From Acidobacteriota bacterium (GTDB taxonomy: Bacteria > Acidobacteriota > Vicinamibacteria > Vicinamibacterales > CAVVIG01): a DNA stretch of 64,000 nucleotides. Location of the stretch: NCBI GenBank assembly GCA_023265105.1, contig JAHFUJ010000001.1:15243-79242 (forward strand), in the 5' to 3' direction. The notes beneath the pieces were generated by a model. That model saw only the letters and a list, made by a program, of their open reading frames with translations. It did no database searches and was not told where the DNA came from. A program made the position numbers and the translations under genes. Numbering within the stretch: the stretch's first letter is position 1; the number at the start of each line of letters is the position of its first letter. Positions 1 through 7,392 of the stretch are shown one piece after another.

Positions 1-729
1 CGTCTGATTTCCGCGCTGAAGCAGCCCGGCAAGGTGAGCACGATCATCCGGCACAGCGACCACGTCATTGCCGGCAACGACTATCTCGCCGCGTACGCGC
101 GCCGGTTCAACGACGCCGTCACGGTGATTCCGACCAGCGTCGATCTGTCGCGGTTCGTGCCGCGCCTTGGGATCGCGTCTGGCAACGGCGCGTCTTCGCA
201 GCCGCTGGTGGTCGGATGGATCGGCAGTCCGACGACCGGACGATACCTCCGCATGCTGACCCCGGTCGTTCAGAAGCTCTCGGAGCGGCACGCGTTCGTC
301 CTGCGGATCAGCGGCACGGCCGATCCTGTCTCCATTCCCGGCGTTCGGGTGGACAACACGCCGTGGACGCTGGGCCGCGAGGTCGAGCTGTTCAACACAT
401 GCGACGTGGGCGTCTATCCGCTGCCTGACGACGACTGGTCGAAAGGCAAGTGCGGATTCAAGGCGATTCAGTTCATGGCCTGCGGCGTGCCGGTCATTTC
501 CTCAGTGGTCGGCGTGAACCGCGAAATCATCGAGGACGGGGTCAATGGGTTCCTCGCCTCGACCGACGAGGAATGGGTGCGAAAGCTGGATCGCCTGCTG
601 TCGGACGCGGCGCTGCGCCGGCGCTTCGCCGATGCAGGCCGCCGCACCATTGAAGCACGGTATTCGCTGGATGTGAACGCGCCGAAGCTGGCCGCGACGC
701 TGAGAGCCGTCGCGAGGGACGCTCGGTGA
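1..729 (+). CDS. Glycosyltransferase, GT-B fold (GT4-like), C-terminal part; 5' end lies upstream of the window
   Basis: Frame 1 is open from nt 1 (RLISALKQPGK...) into listed ORF 34..729. C-terminal GT-B features are 'VGWIGSPTT' and 'FKAIQFMACGVPVISSVVGVNREIIEDGVNGFL'. Confidence 0.8.
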   Translation, partial: RLISALKQPGKVSTIIRHSDHVIAGNDYLAAYARRFNDAVTVIPTSVDLSRFVPRLGIASGNGASSQPLVVGWIGSPTTGRYLRMLTPVVQKLSERHAFVLRISGTADPVSIPGVRVDNTPWTLGREVELFNTCDVGVYPLPDDDWSKGKCGFKAIQFMACGVPVISSVVGVNREIIEDGVNGFLASTDEEWVRKLDRLLSDAALRRRFADAGRRTIEARYSLDVNAPKLAATLRAVARDAR

Positions 730-1706
730 GCGACATGAAAAACTTTGCGCTCACCGGGGCGGCGGGCTACGTGGCGCCGCGGCACCTGAAGGCGATCAAG
801 GACACGGGCAACCGGCTCGTCGCGGCAGTCGATCCACACGACGCGGTCGGCATCCTCGATCGCTACTGGTTGGACGTGCGGTTCTTCACGGAAATCGAGC
901 GGTTCGATCGCCACCTCGAGAAACTGCGGCGCGGCTCCGAGGCGGATCGGGTCCACTACGTGAGCATCTGCTCGCCGAATTATCTGCACGACGCGCACAT
1001 CCGTCTGGCGCTGCGGGTCGGCGCGCATGCGATCTGCGAAAAGCCGCTCGTCATCAATCCCTGGAATCTCGACGCGCTGCAGGAGCTCGAGCACGAAACG
1101 GGCCGCACCGTGAACACTGTCCTTCAGCTCCGACTGCACCCGCAGCTCGTCGCGCTTCGCGACCGGATCGCCGGCCAGCGGTCGCCGCGCCCCTACGACG
1201 TGTCGCTGACGTACGTGACCGTCCGTGGCCGCTGGTACGACACCTCATGGAAAGGCTCGGACGAGCGGTCCGGCGGCATCGTCACCAACATCGGAATCCA
1301 TCTGTTCGACCTGGTGCTGTGGCTGTTCGGGCCGGTCGGGGCATGCGAGGTACACCTGCGCGAGCCGCGGCGACTCGCCGGCTTCCTCGAGCTGGCTCAC
1401 GCGCGCGTGCGATGGTTTCTCTCAGCGGATCTGGCCGATCTGCCGTTCGCCCCGGAGCCTGGACTGAAGACGACGTTTCGATCGATTACGGTGGACGGCG
1501 AGGCGGTCGAGTTCAGCGACAGCTTCGGCGATCTGCATACCCGCGTGTACGAAGAGACACTCGCCGGCCGCGGATTCGGCATCGACGACAGCCGGCCGGC
1601 GATCGAGCTGTCGCACCGGATCCGCCAGACGCCGGCCGAGCCGGTCGCGTCGCATCTGCATCCGGTGCTCGCCGGCGTCGTTGGGGAAAACAAGATACGA
1701 CGTTGA
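726..1706 (+). CDS. wbpB: Gfo/Idh/MocA oxidoreductase, WbpB/WlbA-like (candidate UDP-GlcNAcA 3-dehydrogenase)
   Basis: MKNFALTGAAGYVAPRHLKAIKDTGN...SICSPNYLHD...ICEKPL...RSITVDGE..F...LHT..YEE.LAGRG.GIDD. From memory this is collinear with P. aeruginosa WbpB. GTG 726 overlaps the upstream stop (GTGA); ATG 735 is an alternative start. Confidence 0.8.
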   Translation: MSDMKNFALTGAAGYVAPRHLKAIKDTGNRLVAAVDPHDAVGILDRYWLDVRFFTEIERFDRHLEKLRRGSEADRVHYVSICSPNYLHDAHIRLALRVGAHAICEKPLVINPWNLDALQELEHETGRTVNTVLQLRLHPQLVALRDRIAGQRSPRPYDVSLTYVTVRGRWYDTSWKGSDERSGGIVTNIGIHLFDLVLWLFGPVGACEVHLREPRRLAGFLELAHARVRWFLSADLADLPFAPEPGLKTTFRSITVDGEAVEFSDSFGDLHTRVYEETLAGRGFGIDDSRPAIELSHRIRQTPAEPVASHLHPVLAGVVGENKIRR

Positions 1707-1714
1707 ACGCTGAG

Positions 1715-1778
1715 GTCGCAGAGCACGCAGAGGATTCGTCCTGAAGTTTTTCTCTGCGGTCTCCGCGGTCTCTGCGTC
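1715..1778. repeat. Imperfect inverted repeat built from CGCAGAG / CTCTGCG heptamers in the wbpB-wbpD intergenic gap (REP-like or terminator-like hairpin)
   Basis: CGCAGAG at 1717-1723 and 1726-1732. The complement CTCTGCG is at 1752-1758 and 1770-1776. A T-rich loop (gaagttttt) lies between the arms. Confidence 0.4.
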
Positions 1779-1781
1779 TAC

Positions 1782-2390
1782 GTGATTTCTTCACACGCTC
1801 TGAGTTCTGCCGTGGCCGACTATTTCGCACACGAGTCCAGCTACATCGACGAGGGCTGCCAGATCGGCGAGGGCACGAAGATCTGGCACTTCACGCATGT
1901 CATGGCGCGCGCCCGAATCGGGGCGCGCTGCAACATCGGCCAGAACGTCGTGATCTCGCCCGACGTGGTCGTTGGCGACAACGTGAAGATCCAGAACAAC
2001 GTGTCGGTGTACACGGGCGTCGTGCTCGAAGACGACGTGTTCTGCGGGCCCTCGATCGTGTTCACCAACGTGGCGAATCCGCGCAGCCACGTGTCGCGGA
2101 AGCACGAGTACCAGCAGACCCTCGTTCGCCGCGGTGCCAGCCTCGGTGCGAACGCCACCATCGTCTGCGGTCACACGATCGGACGCTACGCATTCGTGGG
2201 TGCGGGCGCGGTCGTGACGAAAGATGTGCCGGACTACGCGCTGGTGGTCGGCAATCCAGGGCGGATCGCCGGGTGGATGTGCGCGTGCGGTGTGAAGCTG
2301 GCGAGCGGAGCGCACGCGCCGAAAGAGGCGACCTGCGCGGCCTGCGGCATGCGGTACCGCACAGTAGGGGACACGCTCGTTCCGCAATGA
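1782..2390 (+). CDS. wbpD: Hexapeptide-repeat (left-handed beta-helix) sugar N-acetyltransferase, WbpD/WlbB-like
   Basis: Consecutive hexapeptide turns (IGEGTKIWHFTHV, IGARCNIGQNVVI, VGDNVKIQNNVSV, VLEDDVFCGPSIVF, LGANATIVCG). It sits directly after the wbpB-like gene, as in the wbp/wlb operons. Confidence 0.8.
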   Translation: MISSHALSSAVADYFAHESSYIDEGCQIGEGTKIWHFTHVMARARIGARCNIGQNVVISPDVVVGDNVKIQNNVSVYTGVVLEDDVFCGPSIVFTNVANPRSHVSRKHEYQQTLVRRGASLGANATIVCGHTIGRYAFVGAGAVVTKDVPDYALVVGNPGRIAGWMCACGVKLASGAHAPKEATCAACGMRYRTVGDTLVPQ

Positions 2391-3988
2391 ATCCGAAGAG
2401 CGTCGCGATCGCCTTTCTCCTTGGTGCGATGTCGGCGTGGATGTACGGACACCGGCTCGACTACGCGCCGCCCTACGTCGAAATCGACGAAGTGCTCATC
2501 GGGCTCGAGGCGCACGCGATTCAGTCGACCGGACATGACCTGGGCGGCGAGTTCCTTCCGCTGTATTCCCAGACGGCCGAACATTCGTGGTATCAGCCGT
2601 TCGTGATCTACCTGACGGCCCTCGCGTTGAAGATCGTGCCGCTGTCGGAGTGGGCCGTCCGCGCGCCTACGGTTTGCATCGGCGTGATCAACATCGCGTT
2701 GATCTACTTCGTGGCGCGGCACCTCTTCGGCAGCGAGCTGTTCGGCGTCATTGCCGCCGGCCTCCTGGCGATGTCGCCGGCGCACTTCATCCATGGCCGG
2801 TATGGGATGGACTACCTCTATCCCGTGCCCTTTGTCCTGGCGTGGGTGCTCTGCCTCGCGCTCTACACCGAGCATCGTCGGGCCTGGGTGCTGGCCATTG
2901 GGACGAGTCTGCTGGGCATCGGGTTCTACAGCTACATTTCATCGATCGTGATGATGCCGCTCTATTTTGCTGTGACGTGCCTGGTGCTCCGCGGGCAGCA
3001 GGCGCCGCGCCGGCTGTATGGGGTCGCGGCGGCGGCCTTTCTTCCACTTTTGTTGCCGTTTCTCGTGTGGCTCGTCCGGCATCCGAGCGCTTACGGCGCC
3101 ACGGTCACGAAGTACGGGCTGTACGATGCGAGCCGGCTCGACGCCGTGCAGGGGCTGCGATCGCTAGTCAGCTACCAGAGCGTTAGCGAGCGCTTGTCGC
3201 ACTACTGGAACTTTTTCAACCCGTCGTTTCTGTTTTTCGGCAGCGGCACCAAGCTGATGTTCTCAACGAACCGTGCGGGCGTGTTTCTGCTTCCGCTCGC
3301 CGTGTTCTTGATGGTCGGGATCTGGCAGGCGCTCAAGCATCGCGCGTCAGCGATCAACCTCGTGCTGCTCGTGGGCTTCGCGACTGCGCCGTTCGCGGCG
3401 TTGATCGTGTCCGAAGAGAACGCGATATTCCGCGCCCTCGCGTTGCTGCCATTCGGCGTGTTGCTCGCGACCATGGGAGTGCAGCACGTGTGGTCCGGCG
3501 CGATGGCAACGCGACTTCCTGTGAAGCAGTGGAGGATTCTCGCGGCCTGCCTGCTGGTGCTGGCGCCGGTTCAGTTTGCGTACTTCTGGACCGATTATTT
3601 TTCTGACTACCGGGTGCGGTCCGGCTACTGGCTCGGCGGCAACATTCGAGGAGCGCTCGAAGCGCTCATCGAACGCGACGAGCGCGAGCATGCGCCCGGC
3701 ATCTACTTCGGCACGTTGCAGTCGTCCGCGGGACAGATCGATGGCAGGAATCAGTACATGGACGCGTACTGGAAGTTTTACCTGACCAAGCACGACCGGC
3801 AGGATCTTCTGGCGCGCACGATGCCGTTCGAGCCACAGAACTTGCGGACGATGGCGCCGGGCAGCCTGGTCCTGGCGAATCTGGGTGACACGACGACCGA
3901 CGCGCTCGTCAGCAAGGGCGAGCTCAAACAGGTGAAGGCGATCGACGAGCTCGACCACACCTCGTTTTTCGTTGTCTTGCAACGATGA
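2387..3988 (+). CDS. Polytopic membrane glycosyltransferase, GT-C fold (GT39/ArnT/PMT-like)
   Basis: The track ORF 2273..3988 overlaps the acetyltransferase. ATG 2387 overlaps that gene's stop (ATGA) and gives MNPKSVAIAFLLGAM... There are many hydrophobic spans and an early acidic loop 'YVEIDEV' typical of GT-C enzymes. The C-terminal ~130 aa look soluble. Confidence 0.7.
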   Translation: MNPKSVAIAFLLGAMSAWMYGHRLDYAPPYVEIDEVLIGLEAHAIQSTGHDLGGEFLPLYSQTAEHSWYQPFVIYLTALALKIVPLSEWAVRAPTVCIGVINIALIYFVARHLFGSELFGVIAAGLLAMSPAHFIHGRYGMDYLYPVPFVLAWVLCLALYTEHRRAWVLAIGTSLLGIGFYSYISSIVMMPLYFAVTCLVLRGQQAPRRLYGVAAAAFLPLLLPFLVWLVRHPSAYGATVTKYGLYDASRLDAVQGLRSLVSYQSVSERLSHYWNFFNPSFLFFGSGTKLMFSTNRAGVFLLPLAVFLMVGIWQALKHRASAINLVLLVGFATAPFAALIVSEENAIFRALALLPFGVLLATMGVQHVWSGAMATRLPVKQWRILAACLLVLAPVQFAYFWTDYFSDYRVRSGYWLGGNIRGALEALIERDEREHAPGIYFGTLQSSAGQIDGRNQYMDAYWKFYLTKHDRQDLLARTMPFEPQNLRTMAPGSLVLANLGDTTTDALVSKGELKQVKAIDELDHTSFFVVLQR

Positions 3989-5040
3989 CATGGACATCGC
4001 GGATCCTGGCCGTTGAGACCCTGGCGATCGCCGGGACCTTCGCGCTGGCGCTCGACGTGTACGCGCACAAGCGCGTCGAAGATCTCGGCGGTGTGAATAT
4101 CTGGGGCTATCGTGGTCCGGTCGCTCACCAACGGCAGCTCAATGAAATTCGGGTCGCCGTCGTCGGGGGTACCAGGGCTTTTGGCTGGGGAGGGCCGGCG
4201 TCGGCGCTCGTCTCGGAGATTCGGCGTCTCATCATGCTGACGACCGACCGGCCTGGCGCCGAGGTCCGACCGGTCGTTGCCATCAATCTCGGCCGCCTCG
4301 GGGCGCTGCCAGATTCGTATCAGGAGACGATCGAGCACTTTTCCTATCTGCAGCCCGACTACCTCTGCCTGTACGACGATCTGGGAGTTCGTGGTGGTTC
4401 GTCTACTCAAGACACGTCCGGGGTGTTTGCGCTGACCGGCTATGCGCCTGCGTTGCCGCTCGTGCTTCGTGAGAAGGGAATGGTCTGGCGACTCGGCGAC
4501 GTGCAGCGCGGCTACGCGTCCGCGGAGTCCCAACGCAAGGCAGGGACCTTCGTGCTGTGGCGCGCGGCAGGTTCGACGCTTGAGGCCGTTGCCGACACCC
4601 TGAGTGCCGCCGATCGCGCGGTCCTGGCGATGCTTCCGCCACGTGGCGTCCGGCTTCAGCCGGACCGTTCAGTACGTAGTGTCCGCCTTCAGGCGGACCG
4701 TCCAGAACGTAGTGTGCGCCTTCAGGCGGACCCCGTTGGCTATGCCGACCTAATGATGGCCGCCATCGACATGGCTCACCGCCATGCTCGCGGCGTGGTC
4801 GTTGTGGTGAGCCCGGCAGAAACCGGAGAGCAGGCTGGCAACTTGCGCGCGCTCAAGGCGCGGCTGGACGGCACGCTTGGTTCAGCCCCGTGGCTCCGGT
4901 TCGTCGACCTCGGAGGCGAAGCAGCGTTGTCGGTCGATGGCGAATTGCGCTTGGATGGATGGAACTATGCCTCGGCGGGAATTGCTCTGGTGGCAAACAG
5001 AATCGCCCCGGCGCTCCTGAGCCTCATTGCCAAGTCGTGA
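3985..5040 (+). CDS. Hypothetical N-terminally membrane-anchored protein (possibly a degenerate SGNH-like fold) carrying an in-frame 3 x 33-bp repeat
   Basis: ATG 3985 overlaps the upstream stop (ATGA). One N-terminal hydrophobic helix. 'VAVVGGTRAFGWG' and 'LDGWNYASAGIALV' resemble SGNH blocks I and V with the Ser and His replaced. The repeat encodes VRLQPDRSVRS/VRLQADRPERS/VRLQADP. Confidence 0.55.
   Translation: MTWTSRILAVETLAIAGTFALALDVYAHKRVEDLGGVNIWGYRGPVAHQRQLNEIRVAVVGGTRAFGWGGPASALVSEIRRLIMLTTDRPGAEVRPVVAINLGRLGALPDSYQETIEHFSYLQPDYLCLYDDLGVRGGSSTQDTSGVFALTGYAPALPLVLREKGMVWRLGDVQRGYASAESQRKAGTFVLWRAAGSTLEAVADTLSAADRAVLAMLPPRGVRLQPDRSVRSVRLQADRPERSVRLQADPVGYADLMMAAIDMAHRHARGVVVVVSPAETGEQAGNLRALKARLDGTLGSAPWLRFVDLGGEAALSVDGELRLDGWNYASAGIALVANRIAPALLSLIAKS
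4641..4739. repeat. Three tandem 33-bp units, each with a 7-bp-stem/TTCA-loop palindrome (REP-like), embedded in frame in CDS 3985..5040
   Basis: Units start at 4641, 4674 and 4707. Hairpins are GTCCGGC-TTCA-GCCGGAC (4648-4665), GTCCGCC-TTCA-GGCGGAC (4681-4698) and GTGCGCC-TTCA-GGCGGAC (4714-4731). The G/C swap between copies 1 and 2 is compensatory. Confidence 0.85.
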
Positions 5041-6341
5041 CCACCTCAGTGAAACCCTTCGCGCAGAATCCAGGCCGGGATATCTCGAAGGACCGCCCGG
5101 CCCCGTTCCCCATTGCGCAGTACTACTACGATCAGCGATTGCGGATCGCTGAGGACGCAGCCGTTCTCCGAAACCTCATCGCGGCGGTGGATTGGGCCGG
5201 CGATTTGGGCCCCGCGCAATGGGCGCAGTGGTACAGCGTGGCGCTGGGTTTTGCGCCGGACCTGATCCTCGAGCTCGGCCGAGGCTATGGCAACTCGACC
5301 GCGGTGTTCGCGCAGGCCGCGCGCCGGCTCGATCGGGGGAGGTGGACGGAGCGGACGAAGATCGTCAGCCTGTGTCGCACCGGCGACTGGGCGTCCATCG
5401 TGGCGCCGAGGATCGCCCGAATCGTCGACAAGGCCTGGTTCGCGAACGTCGACGCGCGGAGGACAGACATCCTCTCCGCCGACTATGGGGAGATCATCGC
5501 GGATCACGAACGAGTGCTGGTGCTGTGGGATGCTCACGGCTTCGAGATTGCCGAGCTGGTCCTGGGTGACATCCTGCCGCGCCTGGTCGATCGCCGGCAT
5601 CTCGTGCTGGTGCACGACATCAGTGACAACCGGCACGCGTCCGTGCCGCGGTCGTACGGCGGCCAGCCGTTGTGGAAGGGTTCGAAATGGCAGGAGCGGG
5701 TGGGCGCCTGGGACAGCCGCATCAACATCGGATGGATGAATTCGAGGCAGGATCAGGTGATTGCGGTTGCCGACTTCTCGGCGCGAAATGGCCTGGAGAT
5801 CGGATCGGCCGATCACGAATACGCCGAGTTCTTCGCCGCACACCCGGCGTACGCCGATGAGATGCGTCAACTGCTCGGCGAGGAGTTCTTTTCCCTCATC
5901 GGCCAGTGGGCGTTTCTCTCGTTGAACGGCAAAGAAGGTCCGTTCCATTTTCCGGCGGTGAGCGGCGGGAGAGCGGCCACCAACCGCTGCGACATCGTGA
6001 CCGACGAGCTGCCGCGCCTGCCCGCGACGATCGTGACCGACGCCGTACCGTGGGCCTACGCGTCGAAATTCGAGTGGCGTCCCGCGGCCCAGCCGCCGCC
6101 GAACGTCCAGGCCTGGATTCGGTGTCGACTTCGCGTAGACGGCGGCGTGATCGGCGTCAGTCTTCTCAGCCCTGATGAGCAGGCCTTCGTCGAGTCACAG
6201 GTCGTGTCATCGGCGGCCAAACCGGTGAATGTCCTGTTGCTGGTGCCGGATCTGATGCAGCGCGGCAGTTTGGTCATCCATACATGGGACACGCCCACGT
6301 CGGCGCGCGTCCGCATCGACGAACTGGCGCTCGTCTGGTAA
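5037..6341 (+). CDS. Hypothetical protein: CmcI-like class-I methyltransferase-fold N-domain plus C-terminal beta-rich module
   Basis: GTG 5037 overlaps the upstream stop (GTGA); the track's 4890 start overlaps the previous gene. 'LILELGRGYGNSTAVFAQAA', 'VLVLWDAHGFE' and 'LVLVHDISD' resemble the cephalosporin-hydroxylase/CmcI MTase family (from memory). The C-terminal ~100 aa share a motif with three other proteins in the window. Confidence 0.5.
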   Translation: MTTSVKPFAQNPGRDISKDRPAPFPIAQYYYDQRLRIAEDAAVLRNLIAAVDWAGDLGPAQWAQWYSVALGFAPDLILELGRGYGNSTAVFAQAARRLDRGRWTERTKIVSLCRTGDWASIVAPRIARIVDKAWFANVDARRTDILSADYGEIIADHERVLVLWDAHGFEIAELVLGDILPRLVDRRHLVLVHDISDNRHASVPRSYGGQPLWKGSKWQERVGAWDSRINIGWMNSRQDQVIAVADFSARNGLEIGSADHEYAEFFAAHPAYADEMRQLLGEEFFSLIGQWAFLSLNGKEGPFHFPAVSGGRAATNRCDIVTDELPRLPATIVTDAVPWAYASKFEWRPAAQPPPNVQAWIRCRLRVDGGVIGVSLLSPDEQAFVESQVVSSAAKPVNVLLLVPDLMQRGSLVIHTWDTPTSARVRIDELALVW

Positions 6342-6369
6342 GACCTGTCGGCTTGATCCCGGAGGAGTC

Positions 6370-7380
6370 ATGACGGACGCGAACAAGAATGACCTGGTGC
6401 TGGTGACCGGTGCCGGAGGATTTATCGGCGGCCACTTGATCGGCGAGCTCCGACGCCTCGGATACCGCCGGCTTCGTGCGGTTGACATCAAGCCTGCCGA
6501 CCAGTGGTACCAGGTCTTTCAGGACGCCGACAATCTCACGCTCGACCTGCGAGACCGCGAGGCATGCCTTCACGCCGCGACGAACGCACGCGAAATCTTC
6601 AACCTGGCGTGCGACATGGGCGGGATGGGATTCATCGAGACGCACAAGGCCGAGTGCATGCTCTCGGTGCTGATCAACACGCAGATGTTGATGGCGGCCC
6701 GCGACGTGAAGGCCGACCGGTTCTTCTATTCCTCGTCCGCGTGCGTGTATGCCGCCGACAAGCAGACCCGCGCGGACATGCCGCCGCTCAAGGAAGCGGA
6801 CGCGTATCCGGCCATGCCGGAGGACGGCTATGGCTGGGAGAAGCTGTTCAGCGAACGGATGTGCCGGCACTTCCGCGAGGACTTCGGCCTCGAGACTCGT
6901 GTGGCCCGCTATCACAACGTGTACGGGCCCCACGGCACGTACGACGGCGGCCGCGAGAAAGCGCCGGCGGCGATTTGCCGGAAGGTGATCGCGGCACAGC
7001 TCGCCGGCGCGAACGAGATCGAGGTGTGGGGCGACGGCGAGCAGACGCGCAGCTTCATGTACATCGACGACTGCCTCCATGGCACGCGCGCCCTCATGGC
7101 CAGCGACATCCGCGAGCCCCTGAATATCGGCAGCGACGAGCTGGTCACGATCAACCAGCTCATCGATATCGTCGAAGGCATTGCCGGGGTGACGCTGAAA
7201 CGCCGCTACAACGTGAGCGCGCCCAAAGGCGTTCGGGGCCGCTGCAGCGACAACACCGAAATCAAGAAGAGGCTCGGCTGGGCGCCGTCGATCAGGTTGC
7301 GTGACGGGATGGAGCAGACGTATCGGTGGATCTACGACCAGATGAAAACGCCGGCCAATCGCCGCCGCGTGTACGCCTGA
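6370..7380 (+). CDS. Extended SDR, GDP-mannose 3,5-epimerase (GME)-like
   Basis: VTGAGGFIGGHL, 'FNLACDMGGMGFI', 'FFYSSSACVY', 'YGWEKL', 'GGREKAPAAICRK', 'WGDGEQTRSF.YIDDC', 'EPLNIGSDE' and 'GVRGRCSDN..IKKRLGWAP'. From memory these blocks match plant GME almost motif-for-motif. Confidence 0.8.
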   Translation: MTDANKNDLVLVTGAGGFIGGHLIGELRRLGYRRLRAVDIKPADQWYQVFQDADNLTLDLRDREACLHAATNAREIFNLACDMGGMGFIETHKAECMLSVLINTQMLMAARDVKADRFFYSSSACVYAADKQTRADMPPLKEADAYPAMPEDGYGWEKLFSERMCRHFREDFGLETRVARYHNVYGPHGTYDGGREKAPAAICRKVIAAQLAGANEIEVWGDGEQTRSFMYIDDCLHGTRALMASDIREPLNIGSDELVTINQLIDIVEGIAGVTLKRRYNVSAPKGVRGRCSDNTEIKKRLGWAPSIRLRDGMEQTYRWIYDQMKTPANRRRVYA

Positions 7381-7392
7381 GGCGCCGCTCGC

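Noticed and set aside
2273..2386. 5' extensions proposed by the ORF track at 2273, 4890, 10964, 15271, 17608, 24019, 26263, 29523, 30418, 34837, 42538, 47955, 49448, 51094, 56006 and 57667.
   Set aside because: The extensions overlap the upstream genes by 60-250 nt. In each case an internal ATG, GTG or TTG sits exactly at or overlapping the upstream stop and starts the recognisable domain, so I trimmed the starts. The exact choices remain unverified.
4641..4739. The 33-bp palindromic tandem repeat considered as a mini CRISPR array.
   Set aside because: The units are directly abutting with no unique spacers. There are only three copies, they lie inside an ORF, and no cas genes are present.
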